IMG/VR virus record: IMGVR_UViG_3300036826_000261
Location: 8,693-72,692 of that record
From: a virus
Strand: one strand, 5' to 3'
Length of the DNA stretch: 64,000 nucleotides
The translations under genes and the position numbers were made by a program. A model generated the notes under the pieces. It was not told the DNA's origin, searched no databases, and worked only from the letters and a program-made list of their open reading frames with translations. Positions 37,355-48,080 of this stretch are shown here, in pieces. Every line of letters begins with the position of its first letter. The stretch's first letter is position 1.

Positions 37355-39718
37355 ATGCCCGACATCCGTCTGGTGCAGAACAGGCTGTTTCCCGGTCAGG
37401 GCGTGGTGCAGACCGATTGGCTGTTGCGCAGCAACGGCACGCTTGACGACACGCAGGCGTTGGCCACCGCGATCATTGTCGCGCTCGGCACTGATCGGTT
37501 GGCCGACTCAAGCGACACGCTGCCGGACCCCGATGACACCAACCGGCGCGGCTGGTGGGGCGATTATCAGGCGCAGGACATCTGGGACGGCTGGCCGATC
37601 GGCTCGCGGCTGTGGCTGCTGCAGCGGTCCAAGATCACCGGACCGGAAGCCCGCGAGGGCGCCACCACGGTGCTGGTCACGCAGTACATCCGCGAATGTA
37701 TCCAGCCGTTCATCGACCGGCGCATCGGGTCGAGCTTCACGGTCGAGGCCACCCGGGTCGGCAAGGAGCAGATCGACGCGCTGATCCGCATCTATCGCGG
37801 GCCGATTGTCGAAATCGAACTGCGCTACGCCATTCTGTGGGATGAAACCACGCCGCAGGCGACGCCGCCCGCGCCCTGGGCGCCGCTGGCGCCGATGACG
37901 AATCGCGGTCGTGGATCGGCGCGCGGCACCGGCAGCGCGGTCGCCGATGGCGACATGATCATCGATGCAGGTGTTGCCAAGGGTGCTGCGGCGTCGGCGG
38001 GCAGCACGGCGAGCGGTGTCGGCACCAAGAAGCTGACGTCGATCGGGATGGCGCCGGCCGGAATTATTGGCGTGGCGGCGGTCGGCAACTGGAAGATCGC
38101 CGTGCCCGGCGCGGCGGCTGGACATGGCAGCGCGGCGGCGGTGCCGACCGTGTTCGGTGGGGTGGGTGCGGCGAGCGGCATCGGCGTTCTTAACGGCTAC
38201 AGCGCGGTCGCGACCAGCTACACCGATATCTACAACGTGCAGAATGTCGCCGGTTGGCAGGACTTTGCAGGCTATCGTGGGTCGTATCGGCAGGTCGTGC
38301 AACTGATCGGCGACAGTCAGGGCAAGATTCGGATTCTGGTCGAGCAGTTCTGCGATGCGGCAGCGGGTCATTTCTCCGATACGACGCATGTGTCGTTCGG
38401 CAAATGGGCGGGCACTAATGCGGACACCACGACGACACCGGTCGAATTGAAATTTGGCGGTGTGTCCGGCTTCACCGGGCCGCGCTCCGGTGCGCAGTTT
38501 CAAACACTGTTGTCCGACACGGTGGCGCATCCCGGTTTCACCTTGGCGACGGGCGATTCGATCGTCGTCATCTTCGATACGCCGACCAGCGATGCGACGG
38601 CGCATCTCGGCGGCGAAGCCTGGGGCGAAGGCGCGTCATCGTTCTGGTGGTGGAATAACTCGCCGCTGGAGACTTGGAATATCGCCGCACCGGGTGTCAC
38701 GGCTGGCGGCACCAGTTCGCAGGTGGTCGCGCTGTCCAAGGTGCAGACCGCGCCGGCTGGTCCGACCGCGTCGATCGCGGTCGGCGCGGCAAGCGGCAGC
38801 GGCACGGCGCACGGTGTTGGTCCGCCCGCGACCATCACGGGCACTGGCGCGGCTTCGGCCACCGGCGCGGCGAGTGGGGTTTACGCTACGGCGACGTTGA
38901 TCTGGGCTGACGAGTTCACGGCACCGCTTAATCTAGCGTCGGATTCCAATCCGAACGGCACGTGGCGGCCGAACGCGATCTGGCAAGATATCAACCAGGG
39001 CTACCAGGACTTCGCCGGCACCAACTGGGATATCTCGCCGAACGATCCGGCGTGGGCGGCTTATCCGCCTTATAGTCAATCCGGCAGCGTGCTGACGCTG
39101 TATTCGTTCCGGATGCCGTCCGACATGGTCGCGCATACCCGCGCGCAGATGGACGCGCAGGGCAATTCCAATCCGGTGCCGGCGTGGTGCGGTTGTCAGT
39201 TGTCTACCAACTCGGTGGTGCGCAAGTTCAAGCAGCCCTACTATGTCGAATGGAAAGCGCGCTGGCCGATCGATGGCCAAGGCATGTTCCCGGCGCTGTG
39301 GATGTTCTCCAGCGATTTCAGTCTCGATCCGCAGAACAAGGGTTCGGCCGAGATCGACATGCTGGAGATCAACGGGCATGGCGGCTGGTTCAATACCAAT
39401 CTGCATCAGCGTAACACCGATCACAGCGGCTATGACTCGGCAGGCTACGGGCCGTTCACCGGCGACACGCAGGGTTGGCACACTTACGGTGTCGATCGGA
39501 CGTCCACCTACATTCGGTTCTATCGCGACAACGTGCTGCTCTATGAAGCAACCGGCACCGATGCGTCATGGTTCAACGACGTCAACATGGACATCCTGAT
39601 CAACTTCGCGATGGATGCGTACTGGTTTTACAGTTACGGCCTCAATTCCGATACCACCACGCCGTCGCCGATGACGATGGAGGTTGACTATGTCCGCGTC
39701 TACTCCAGCAAGCCCTAA
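37355..39718 (+). CDS. Mu gp46-like baseplate wedge protein fused to a C-terminal GH16 glycoside hydrolase
   Basis: L.TAI.VAL.TDRLA..D.....RRGWWGD..IGSRLWLL.RSK; then LIWADEF, G.GMFPALWM, AEIDMLE, WHTYG, MEVDYVRVY. Confidence 0.85.
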   Translation: MPDIRLVQNRLFPGQGVVQTDWLLRSNGTLDDTQALATAIIVALGTDRLADSSDTLPDPDDTNRRGWWGDYQAQDIWDGWPIGSRLWLLQRSKITGPEAREGATTVLVTQYIRECIQPFIDRRIGSSFTVEATRVGKEQIDALIRIYRGPIVEIELRYAILWDETTPQATPPAPWAPLAPMTNRGRGSARGTGSAVADGDMIIDAGVAKGAAASAGSTASGVGTKKLTSIGMAPAGIIGVAAVGNWKIAVPGAAAGHGSAAAVPTVFGGVGAASGIGVLNGYSAVATSYTDIYNVQNVAGWQDFAGYRGSYRQVVQLIGDSQGKIRILVEQFCDAAAGHFSDTTHVSFGKWAGTNADTTTTPVELKFGGVSGFTGPRSGAQFQTLLSDTVAHPGFTLATGDSIVVIFDTPTSDATAHLGGEAWGEGASSFWWWNNSPLETWNIAAPGVTAGGTSSQVVALSKVQTAPAGPTASIAVGAASGSGTAHGVGPPATITGTGAASATGAASGVYATATLIWADEFTAPLNLASDSNPNGTWRPNAIWQDINQGYQDFAGTNWDISPNDPAWAAYPPYSQSGSVLTLYSFRMPSDMVAHTRAQMDAQGNSNPVPAWCGCQLSTNSVVRKFKQPYYVEWKARWPIDGQGMFPALWMFSSDFSLDPQNKGSAEIDMLEINGHGGWFNTNLHQRNTDHSGYDSAGYGPFTGDTQGWHTYGVDRTSTYIRFYRDNVLLYEATGTDASWFNDVNMDILINFAMDAYWFYSYGLNSDTTTPSPMTMEVDYVRVYSSKP

Positions 39719-39825
39719 ACCCAAAGAAGACCCGGCGCCGATTCCGAGCGTTCCGAACGCGCCGCGCGGACGCACCGAGTGGCCGCCGCACTACGACAAC
39801 CCGCCAGAAAAGAAAATCGCGTAGC

Positions 39826-40929
39826 ATGCCCTGGTCAACTCCGACGCTTTACGACGTGCGCGTGCTGGTGCGCGATTCGATTCAGGCCATGCTGCCGGGT
39901 GCCGACGCGATGGTCCCGAACAGCGTGCTGCGCGTGCTGTCGGACAGCCAGGGCGCGCAATGTCACGCCGTCTTGCAATATGTAGATTGGCTGGCCAGAC
40001 AGCTTTTGCCGGACACCGCCGAAACGGAGTGGTTGGATCGACACGGCAAAATCTGGTTGAAGAACGCCGACGGATCGACCGGGCGCAAAGCCGCCACGCT
40101 GGCGTCCGGTACCGCGACGTTCACCGGTGTGTTCAGCACCATCATTCCGATCGGTCAGCAGCTCGTGGCCGGCGAGATCGGTTACGAGACTACGGCGCAG
40201 ATCGAAATCGATGTCGATCCGACGCCGTGCCCGGTGCGGGCGCTCGATCCGGGCACGATCGGCAATCTCGATCCGGGCACCGTGCTCAATCTGACCGATG
40301 CGCCGATTGGCGCCGATGCCGGCGCTACCGTGGTGACGATGTCCGGCGGCACCGATGAAGAGACCGACGAAGAATTGCGGGTGCGTGTTCTGATGCGCAT
40401 TCAGCAGCCGCCGATGGGCGGCGACGCCAACGATTATGTCGCCTGGGCGCTGGCGGTGCCGGGAGTGACGCGGGCCTGGGCGATCTCCGAGATGGGCGCC
40501 GGCACGGTGACTGTGCGCTTCATGATGGATGATCTGCGCGCCAGCAACGGCGGCTTTCCGACTGACGATGATATCACGATGGTGACCGGCTACATCGACA
40601 CCGTGCGTCCGGTGACGGTGAAGGATCGCTGGGTGCTGGCGCCGATCCCCGAATACATCAACTTCACGATCAAGGGTCTGTTGCCGGACACCGATCCGTA
40701 CCGTGTCTCGATCGAGGATGCGGTGCGCACCATGCTGCGCAACAAGGCCGCACCGGCGCAGACCATCAACGGCGTTCCGATCCCGGCGCAGACGATCTAC
40801 GCGGCATGGGTGTCGGAAGCCATCATGAGCGTGAGCGGCGTGATCGGCTTCACGCTTTTGATGGACGATCATCCGATGCCTTACAACGGTTCACTCGCGG
40901 TGCTCGGAACAATTCTCTATGAGCGATAA
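39826..40929 (+). CDS. baseplate J-like protein (Mu gp47)
   Basis: QLLPDTAE.EWLDRHG, GGTDEETDEELR.R, GG.ANDY..WAL.VPGVTRAW. Confidence 0.92.
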   Translation: MPWSTPTLYDVRVLVRDSIQAMLPGADAMVPNSVLRVLSDSQGAQCHAVLQYVDWLARQLLPDTAETEWLDRHGKIWLKNADGSTGRKAATLASGTATFTGVFSTIIPIGQQLVAGEIGYETTAQIEIDVDPTPCPVRALDPGTIGNLDPGTVLNLTDAPIGADAGATVVTMSGGTDEETDEELRVRVLMRIQQPPMGGDANDYVAWALAVPGVTRAWAISEMGAGTVTVRFMMDDLRASNGGFPTDDDITMVTGYIDTVRPVTVKDRWVLAPIPEYINFTIKGLLPDTDPYRVSIEDAVRTMLRNKAAPAQTINGVPIPAQTIYAAWVSEAIMSVSGVIGFTLLMDDHPMPYNGSLAVLGTILYER

Positions 40930-41809
40930 GCATATCCGCCGCGACGGCGACGACTACGGCACTGAGCTGATGCTGTTGCTGCCGAGCGGGCAGGCATGGC
41001 CGAAAGACCCTGGCTCGACGCTCGATCTCGTGATCCGCGGTTTGGCATTCTACTACGGCGTAGTCGATGGCCGTGCCGCCGATCTGTTGGAGATCGAAAG
41101 CGATCCGACGCAAACCACCGGTGCGTCGTTGCTGCCGGATTGGGAGCGCAACTGGGCGCTGCCCGACGCCTGCGAGGTGCATCCGCCGACCGACGATCAG
41201 GGACGCCGCGACGAACTGATGTTCAAGATGACGCTGCTGGGACGACCGGACCGGCAGTTCTTCATCGACTGGGCGGCACGGCGCGGCGAGACCATCACGA
41301 TTAGGGAGTACGCGCCGTACATGTGCGGCATTTCTCGGGTCGGCGAAACGCGAGTTATTACTACGGCGCAGAACAGGACGCCGATATCGCAACATAAGTC
41401 AGCGGCGTTGTCGGCGCCGCCAGTGTCACCACCGCCGCCGGTGCTGTCGTTGTCGGCATCGCCGCCGATGGTCGAGGGGTTCGTGATTTCGCCCGGCGCC
41501 GCGAGCGGTCACGGCGTTGCGATGGGGATTCCGTCGGGCGTGCGGATTTCGGCTGGCGCGGCGGTTGGCACGAGCTACGCGACATCGAAGCCGTCCAATG
41601 TCGCGGGCGACGTGATGTACGATCAATATTATCGCTGGCAACTCGGTCCGACCGGGCTGCGCTACTACTGGCTGGTCGATCTCGAACACACGCTGACCGG
41701 CATCGAGTGCCTGTTCCGCCGCTACAAGCCGGGCCACACCCACGTCGTGTTCACCTATCGCTCGCAGCTCGATCGCGCCATCAGCCTCTATCCGTGGCTC
41801 GGAGTGTAG
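40919..41809 (+). CDS. Mu gp48/YmfQ-like baseplate protein with Ala/Gly insertion
   Basis: LLP.G.AWP, E.DP..T..LLPDWER...LPD.C, IECL..RYKP.HT.V.F.Y. Confidence 0.85.
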   Translation: MSDKHIRRDGDDYGTELMLLLPSGQAWPKDPGSTLDLVIRGLAFYYGVVDGRAADLLEIESDPTQTTGASLLPDWERNWALPDACEVHPPTDDQGRRDELMFKMTLLGRPDRQFFIDWAARRGETITIREYAPYMCGISRVGETRVITTAQNRTPISQHKSAALSAPPVSPPPPVLSLSASPPMVEGFVISPGAASGHGVAMGIPSGVRISAGAAVGTSYATSKPSNVAGDVMYDQYYRWQLGPTGLRYYWLVDLEHTLTGIECLFRRYKPGHTHVVFTYRSQLDRAISLYPWLGV

Positions 41810-41812
41810 AGA

Positions 41813-42619
41813 ATGAAGTACAACTCGCCATGGAACGATCCGGACACCAACGATCCTTATGTCAACGGCCAGCCGGCGCAGGGCGTCGAAGGCAGCGTGA
41901 TTCCGGCCGAATCGATCGAGTACCCGCAGCGCGAGATCGTCAACACCATCGCGCAGAACGGTTTCTTTCCGACCAACAGCGACACCAATCAGCTCGGTCG
42001 CGCGGTGCAGCTCGATCTGTGCAACTTCGGGGTCGATTACGGCATCGCCAACGAAATGGCCGTGACGCTCGATCCGACGCCGCTCAACTATCATGTCGGT
42101 CTGAAGATTTTCATTCTGGTCGCGCAGGCGAACTCCGGCGCGACCGTGCTCAATGTTAACGGGCTCGGCGCGGTGCCGGTGCGGCATCCTGATTTGACCG
42201 AGCTGTCGCCGGGTGACGTGATCCCCGGCGGCATCGCGCTGGTCTATCACGACGGCACGCAATTCCAGCTCTTGTTCGGCGCCAAGTCGGCGGCGGGGCC
42301 GGCAGGACCGCAAGGCGCCACCGGACCGGCAGGAGCGACCGGCGCGACCGGCGCCACCGGCGCGACCGGCGCCAAGGGCGACAAGGGCGCGACCGGGCCG
42401 CAAGGCCCGTCAGGCGCACCGGCTTCGCTGATCGTCGGGCTCGGCGGCATCGGCTCGTATTTGTTCAACATCACCTATCTGGGCGTCTACGACGATTCGA
42501 GCCTGACCTACGCGATCAATCAACTGGGCTACGGCGGCACCTGGGCGCAGCACGGCATCGTGCAGCAAGGCTGGTTCTCCGGCGCGCTGGCCGAGTTCTT
42601 AGGCCAGAGGATCGCGTGA
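41813..42619 (+). CDS. tail fibre protein 1 (short collagen segment)
   Basis: YVNG.P..G..GS.IPA..IE.PQREIVN.I; N.GAT.LNVNGLG; GPQGATG repeats. Confidence 0.8.
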   Translation: MKYNSPWNDPDTNDPYVNGQPAQGVEGSVIPAESIEYPQREIVNTIAQNGFFPTNSDTNQLGRAVQLDLCNFGVDYGIANEMAVTLDPTPLNYHVGLKIFILVAQANSGATVLNVNGLGAVPVRHPDLTELSPGDVIPGGIALVYHDGTQFQLLFGAKSAAGPAGPQGATGPAGATGATGATGATGAKGDKGATGPQGPSGAPASLIVGLGGIGSYLFNITYLGVYDDSSLTYAINQLGYGGTWAQHGIVQQGWFSGALAEFLGQRIA

Positions 42620-43449
42620 TGCAGTACAATCCGCCGTGGGACGCCTTCGAGGCGGGACTGTTCGACGCGCCTTATGTCAACGGCGACGAGCACAAGGGCA
42701 TCGCCGGCAGCATCATTCCGCCGCAGGCGATCGAGCTGCCACAGCGCGAGATCGTCAACTTCATCACGCAGAACGACATCAGCCCGTCCAATGCCGATCT
42801 CACGCAGCTCGGTCGCGCGCTGCAGCTCGATCTGTGCAACTACGCGGTTGACACCGGCGTGCCGAACGCGCTTGCCGTGACGATCGATCCGACGCCGAAA
42901 ACTTATCAGGCCGGTCTGAAGCTGTTCATTCTGGTCAACTACGCCAACACCGGCGCCACGACATTGGTGATCAACGGCATCTCGCCGGTGCATCCGGTGC
43001 CGGTGCGGCATCCCGGCGGCGTGGTCGAGCTGGCGCCGAACGATCTGTTACCGAACGCCATTGCGCTGGTCTATTACGACGGCACGGTGTTTCAACTGCT
43101 GTTCTCGGCGCGGCCGACCGCAGGACCAGCCGGCGCGATCGGTGCGCAAGGTCCGCAAGGCGCCACTGGCGCCACCGGCGCCACCGGGGCGAAAGGCGTC
43201 AGAGGCGACACCGGTGCCGCCGGGCCGCCCGGTCCGGCGGGCAGTTCAGCCGGACTGATCGTCGGCTATGGCGGCGTCGGCAGTCTGGGCTTCTTCAACA
43301 CTTACTATTCGATCTATGACGCCACGTCCTTGAACTACGCGCTCAACGCGCTGCTGGGCGTCGGCGGCACGTGGTCGGATCGCGGCACCGTGACGCAAGG
43401 CTGGTACTCCGGCGCGTTGACCGAGTTCATGGCGCAGAGGATCGCATGA
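42619..43449 (+). CDS. tail fibre protein 2, tandem paralog of 41813-42619
   Basis: Colinear similarity along the whole length (PQREIVN, QLGRA.QLDLCN, QGW.SGAL.EF..QRIA). Confidence 0.8.
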   Translation: MQYNPPWDAFEAGLFDAPYVNGDEHKGIAGSIIPPQAIELPQREIVNFITQNDISPSNADLTQLGRALQLDLCNYAVDTGVPNALAVTIDPTPKTYQAGLKLFILVNYANTGATTLVINGISPVHPVPVRHPGGVVELAPNDLLPNAIALVYYDGTVFQLLFSARPTAGPAGAIGAQGPQGATGATGATGAKGVRGDTGAAGPPGPAGSSAGLIVGYGGVGSLGFFNTYYSIYDATSLNYALNALLGVGGTWSDRGTVTQGWYSGALTEFMAQRIA

Positions 43450-43787
43450 TCAACACCACGCGCACCATCGTCTCGGCTGTCAATCCGGTCCGCTATCAGG
43501 ATGATTTCGCGGTGTGGCTGAAGGTCTGGTTCGAAGAGTTGAGCGAACCAGTGCTGTTCTGCGCGATCCCGTTCGATGTCGAAGTGCACGGCCGCGAGCT
43601 GTGGATCAGGGCGATGGCCGGCGAATACGGCCCGGTCGATGTGCGGCCGAAGCCTGACATGCCGGTCGGCCGGTTCAAGATCACGCGGCTGCCGGGACCG
43701 CGACTGATCCAGATGATCGAGAGCAAGCAGTTCTGTTGCGAGCCGCTGGCCGATGACGATACCAACGGGCCGATCAAATGGCGATGA
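43446..43787 (+). CDS. tail fibre assembly-like protein
   Basis: V.F.A.P.D.E.HGRELW.RA.AGEYGPV. Confidence 0.65.
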   Translation: MINTTRTIVSAVNPVRYQDDFAVWLKVWFEELSEPVLFCAIPFDVEVHGRELWIRAMAGEYGPVDVRPKPDMPVGRFKITRLPGPRLIQMIESKQFCCEPLADDDTNGPIKWR

Positions 43788-44149
43788 CGCTTGATCTAAC
43801 CACCTATACCGATTCCGATCTGGTCGAGAGCTTCATCTATCAGCTCGTGGACGGCACGCCGATCGATCTGACCGGCTACTCGTTGCGCATGCACGTGCGC
43901 AAGCACGCGGAAGACGCTACCGCGCTGTTCGAGTGCTCGACCTTCAACGGACTGATCTGGTGGAATGATATCGTGGGCGGCGCGTTCACCCTGCAGATAC
44001 CCGTCGCGATCCTGGTATCGCTGTCGCCCGGCACCTACACGCAATCGCTGATCGCCACGCAGCCGGTGTCGCTGCTGCGGCGTGATTTGTGGCGCGGCTC
44101 GTTGATCCACGCCGCCGGTCCGACACGTTGGGATTTGGGCACGCTATGA
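43778..44149 (+). CDS. BppU-N-like adaptor
   Basis: [16 protein letters not shown]. Confidence 0.6.
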   Translation: MAMTLDLTTYTDSDLVESFIYQLVDGTPIDLTGYSLRMHVRKHAEDATALFECSTFNGLIWWNDIVGGAFTLQIPVAILVSLSPGTYTQSLIATQPVSLLRRDLWRGSLIHAAGPTRWDLGTL

Positions 44150-45432
44150 CCAGAAAAATTATCGGCGAACAACACCCCAACGTGCGGGCGGGCACCAGTC
44201 CGCCGCATCCTGCGCAAACCGATTCGACCGTGCCGGTCACCGACGTGGTGCAGATCGGTCCGCCGGGGCCGCCCGGCCCGAACGGTCCGCCGGGACCGCC
44301 CGGCCCGACTGGCGCGGTCGGGCAGACCGGTCCGCAGGGGCCGCAAGGCCCGCAGGGACCGCAAGGCCCGCAGGGCTCGCAAGGCCCGCAGGGACCATCC
44401 GGGCCGCCCGGCGGCCTCGGCGAAGCGCCGAGCGACAGCACGTCCTACGGCCGCAGAAACGCGGCGTGGTCGTCGGTCACCGAAGAGGCGCCGAACGACG
44501 GCCAGACCTACGGTCGCAAGAACAAGGCATGGGTGGTCGGCGGCGGCGGTGGCGCCACGGTCACCGCGTCGGATACGCCGCCGGGCTCGCCGAGCGCCGG
44601 CAGCCTGTGGTTCAACACAACCAACGGCCAGCTCTACATCTATTTCAACGACGGCACATCGTCGCAATGGGTGTTCGCGTCGGGTGGCGTGCAGAATCAA
44701 CCGCAGGTGCCGCGCGGCGCGCTCGGCGGGTTGACGCTGTCCACGGCGGGCAGTTCGGCGACGTTCACGGTGCAGCCCGGACGCGCTGCGGATTCCACCG
44801 CTGCATTGCTGATGAACCTCGCATCGGCGATGAACAAGACCACCAGCGCATGGGCGGCGGGCAGCGGCAACGGCGCGCTCGACACCGGCGCGATCAGCGC
44901 GGCGGCTTGGTACCATGTCTTTTTGATCATGAACCCGACGTCGGGCGCGGTCGATATCCTGATCTCGCTGTCGGCGACGGCACCGACCATGCCGTCCGGC
45001 TACACGCTGTTCCGGCGCATCGGCTCGATGCTGACCGCGTCGTCGCTGTGGGTGAAATTTTCGCAGCGCGGCGACGAATTTTTGTGGGATGCGCCGGTCG
45101 TCAACGCCAGCGCAGTCGCGTTCACCGTGACTGCGACATTGCTGGCGCTGGGTGTGCCGCCGGGGATTCAGGTCAACGCGTTCGGGCAGGTGCGCGCCGA
45201 CTACGCCACCAACGCGGCGACTTTCACGCTGTCATCGCCGGACATCACGGCGCCGGTGGTCGGCAGCGCCACGTCATCGTTGGTGGTCTCGGGTACTTCC
45301 ACCAACTCGGTCAGTTACTTCAACATCCGCACCAACACCGCGCAGCAAATCCGTTATCAGGCCAACGGCACCGGTCCGACCTTCAGCCTGGGCACGTTCG
45401 GCTGGATCGATCGTCGCGGCAAGGACGATTAG
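44146..45432 (+). CDS. collagen-containing fibre protein
   Basis: GPQ repeats, EAP.DG..YGRKN.AW, P...GSLWFNT..GQLYIY. Confidence 0.75.
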   Translation: MTRKIIGEQHPNVRAGTSPPHPAQTDSTVPVTDVVQIGPPGPPGPNGPPGPPGPTGAVGQTGPQGPQGPQGPQGPQGSQGPQGPSGPPGGLGEAPSDSTSYGRRNAAWSSVTEEAPNDGQTYGRKNKAWVVGGGGGATVTASDTPPGSPSAGSLWFNTTNGQLYIYFNDGTSSQWVFASGGVQNQPQVPRGALGGLTLSTAGSSATFTVQPGRAADSTAALLMNLASAMNKTTSAWAAGSGNGALDTGAISAAAWYHVFLIMNPTSGAVDILISLSATAPTMPSGYTLFRRIGSMLTASSLWVKFSQRGDEFLWDAPVVNASAVAFTVTATLLALGVPPGIQVNAFGQVRADYATNAATFTLSSPDITAPVVGSATSSLVVSGTSTNSVSYFNIRTNTAQQIRYQANGTGPTFSLGTFGWIDRRGKDD

Positions 45433-45433
45433 C

Positions 45434-46948
45434 ATGCTGGATTTTCCCAATTCGCCATCGCTCAATCAGTTGTTTCCGACCACCAACCCGCAATGGCAGT
45501 GGAACGGCACGGCGTGGACGCCCTATGTGCTGTCGCAGGTGTCCGGGCTGCAGGTCAAGGTTCGGGTGTTCACTTCGACGCAGACCTACGCGCCGACGCC
45601 CGGCTTGCAATTCGCAATGGTTGAATGTCTCGGCGGCGGTGGCGGTGGCGGCGGCTGCGGCGGCGCTGCATCGCAATCGGTCGGGTCGGGCGGCGGCGCG
45701 TCCGGCTCGTACTCGCGGTCGCTGTTGAGCGCCGCGCAGATCGGCGCGTCACAGGCCATTACCATCGGCGCGGCGGGCTCTGGCGGCGCGTCCGGGCAGA
45801 ACAACGGCGGCACCGGCGGCCAGACATCGTTCGGTGCACTGGTGACGGCGCCGGGCGGCGGCGGTGGTGTCGCCGGCAGCGGCGCGGCCAGCCCGTCGAA
45901 CGGCATTGCCGGCGCGGCGGGTGTCGGTGATTTCGCGATCCGAGGCAATGATGGCGGTTCCGGCATGTACGTGCCTTCGGCCACCGCGACCGCCTATGGC
46001 GGCTTCGGCGCGCCGAGCCAGTTCGGCGGCATGGCGTGCGCGCTGCAAGCGGCGTCATCGGCCTCGAACGGCAGTACGGGCAAAGGTTACGGTGCGGGTG
46101 GCTCGGGCGGCGCCTCGATGGGCGTTGCGACCACGGCGTCCGGCGGCGCCGGTGTCGCGGGCGTCTGTATCGTCACCGAGTTCGGCAATTTCGGCTATGT
46201 GCCGCCGATCTTCGTCATGCGTTCGTATCTCGCCGGCTATACGTTGTCATCGCCAGGGTCTTCGAGCTTGTTCACGGCGCAGCCGGGACAAGCCGCCGAT
46301 TCGACCAATGCCGACTACATCAGCCTGACGGCGGCGATCAACAAATCCACTAGTGCGTGGGCGGCCGGCACCGGCAATGGCGGGCTCGACACCGGCGCGA
46401 TCGCGATCAACACGTGGTACCACGTTTTCGCGATCAAGAACCCAACGACAAATGTCGTCGATATTCTGATTTCGCTATCGGCGACGGCGCCGACCATGCC
46501 AAGCGGCTACACGCTGTTCCGGCGCATCGGTTCGATCAAGACCAATTCGTCATCGCAATGGAAGGGGTTCAGCCAGCGTGGTGATGAATTTATCCTGACT
46601 GAAACGCTGACCCAAGATGTTAACACAACAACTCTCGGCACAACGGCGACGCCGTACACCTTGGCGTCGGTTCCGAGCGGCATTCAGGTCATCGCGATGT
46701 TTCGCGGCTCGATGCAAAACGCAGCAGGAAACGCCATCACGATTTCGTCACCGGATGAATTGTCGGTGGCGGTCAACACCCCCGCCGGCAACTTGACGAT
46801 CTCGAATGGCGCTGGGTTGACAGTTGATTTCCAACTGCAGCTTCGAACTAACACAAGTCAGCAGATTCGCGCGGTGTCGCTGAATGCGAACACAACTTTC
46901 TATGTCGTGCCGTACGGTTGGCTCGATCGGCGCGGCCAAGACAACTAA
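45434..46948 (+). CDS. Gly-rich fibre protein sharing a C-terminal domain with 44146-45432
   Basis: MLDFPNSP..WQWNGTAW; shared [32 protein letters not shown]. Confidence 0.75.
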   Translation: MLDFPNSPSLNQLFPTTNPQWQWNGTAWTPYVLSQVSGLQVKVRVFTSTQTYAPTPGLQFAMVECLGGGGGGGGCGGAASQSVGSGGGASGSYSRSLLSAAQIGASQAITIGAAGSGGASGQNNGGTGGQTSFGALVTAPGGGGGVAGSGAASPSNGIAGAAGVGDFAIRGNDGGSGMYVPSATATAYGGFGAPSQFGGMACALQAASSASNGSTGKGYGAGGSGGASMGVATTASGGAGVAGVCIVTEFGNFGYVPPIFVMRSYLAGYTLSSPGSSSLFTAQPGQAADSTNADYISLTAAINKSTSAWAAGTGNGGLDTGAIAINTWYHVFAIKNPTTNVVDILISLSATAPTMPSGYTLFRRIGSIKTNSSSQWKGFSQRGDEFILTETLTQDVNTTTLGTTATPYTLASVPSGIQVIAMFRGSMQNAAGNAITISSPDELSVAVNTPAGNLTISNGAGLTVDFQLQLRTNTSQQIRAVSLNANTTFYVVPYGWLDRRGQDN

Positions 46949-46963
46949 CAGAGGTTTCACGAC

Positions 46964-47728
46964 ATGGACCTGTTCGTCATCACACTGGCCGATGGCATTC
47001 CGATTGCCGGCGACGGCGATGTCAAGACCATCAACGCGCTGATGGAAGACGGCGCGCTTGCCACCATCGGGCGGCTGTCGGACGCGGCAGTGACGTCAAC
47101 CGACGCCACGCCGGTCTCGGTGGTCTCGCTGCTGAAGCAGCTCTCGTCCACTATGCAGGACATCCGCGGCGATCTGCCGTCGTCGCTCGGCACCGGCGGC
47201 GGGCTCAAGATCGAGGGCTCGGGCACGCCGCTGCCGGTCACCGGCACATTGACGACCGTCGAGAACCAGGGCGCGGTCGCGGTGACGACGTTCACCTGCG
47301 GCACCTCGCCTTACGGTGCCGGCGAGGTGGTCGGCGTCGGCGGCGGCAACGCCGCGCTGTTCTTCGCCGCGATCGCTACCGGCGCGGCGGCGATCGAAAT
47401 CCGCTCGGCGGAACTGATGATCGCCCGGAGCGCGGTGATCTCCGGCGAAACCACCTACCGGCTGCACCTCTACAATGTCACACCGCCGTCGGCACTGGCT
47501 GATAGCGTGGCGTTCGATCTGGCGGCCGGTGACCGTTCGGCCTATCTCGGCTATATCGATTTCGGCACCTTGCAGGTGCTGGGCTCGACGCTGTTTTCCG
47601 AAGTGCTCAATGTCGGCAAGATGATGAAGACCGCCAGTGCCGGCATCTACGGCTATCTGCAGACCATCGGCGCGTTCACGCCGACCGCTGCGCAGTACCG
47701 CATCACGCTGGGGGCGCGACAACAGTGA
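46964..47728 (+). CDS. hypothetical structural protein
   Basis: GAGG RBS; beta-rich C-terminus. Confidence 0.6.
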   Translation: MDLFVITLADGIPIAGDGDVKTINALMEDGALATIGRLSDAAVTSTDATPVSVVSLLKQLSSTMQDIRGDLPSSLGTGGGLKIEGSGTPLPVTGTLTTVENQGAVAVTTFTCGTSPYGAGEVVGVGGGNAALFFAAIATGAAAIEIRSAELMIARSAVISGETTYRLHLYNVTPPSALADSVAFDLAAGDRSAYLGYIDFGTLQVLGSTLFSEVLNVGKMMKTASAGIYGYLQTIGAFTPTAAQYRITLGARQQ

Positions 47729-47735
47729 GGACCGC

Positions 47736-47996
47736 ATGGCACTTGTGCAAGTCGATATGAGCAACTGTGTGGTCGTATCGCCCCGCGACAGCATGACACT
47801 GGGGGAGTTGATCGCGATCGCCCGGGAATGCAAGAACTTCAGCCTACGCGATCTCGAACGCGCCACCGGAATTTCGTCCGCGCTGCTCAGCCAGATCGAG
47901 ACCGGCAAGATCAAGAATCCGAGCTTCGCCAAGGTGGTGCGGATCACCCGCGCGCTGGGCATCAGCCTGGATCGCGCCGCGAGCACCGTGCGATGA
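47736..47996 (+). CDS. XRE-family HTH regulator
   Basis: SLRDLERATGISSALLSQIETGKIKNPSF. Confidence 0.85.
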   Translation: MALVQVDMSNCVVVSPRDSMTLGELIAIARECKNFSLRDLERATGISSALLSQIETGKIKNPSFAKVVRITRALGISLDRAASTVR

Positions 47997-48080
47997 GCTG
48001 CGCCCGCTGCCGCGCGATTCGCCAGATGGTGCGGGCGGCATTGAACTGGCCGTCGCGGTCGCCCGCGACGGCCAAGCCGG

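Noticed and set aside
41813-46948. Diversity-generating retroelement or invertible fibre cassette
   Set aside because: No reverse transcriptase or invertase seen; paralog differences are not obviously adenine-specific
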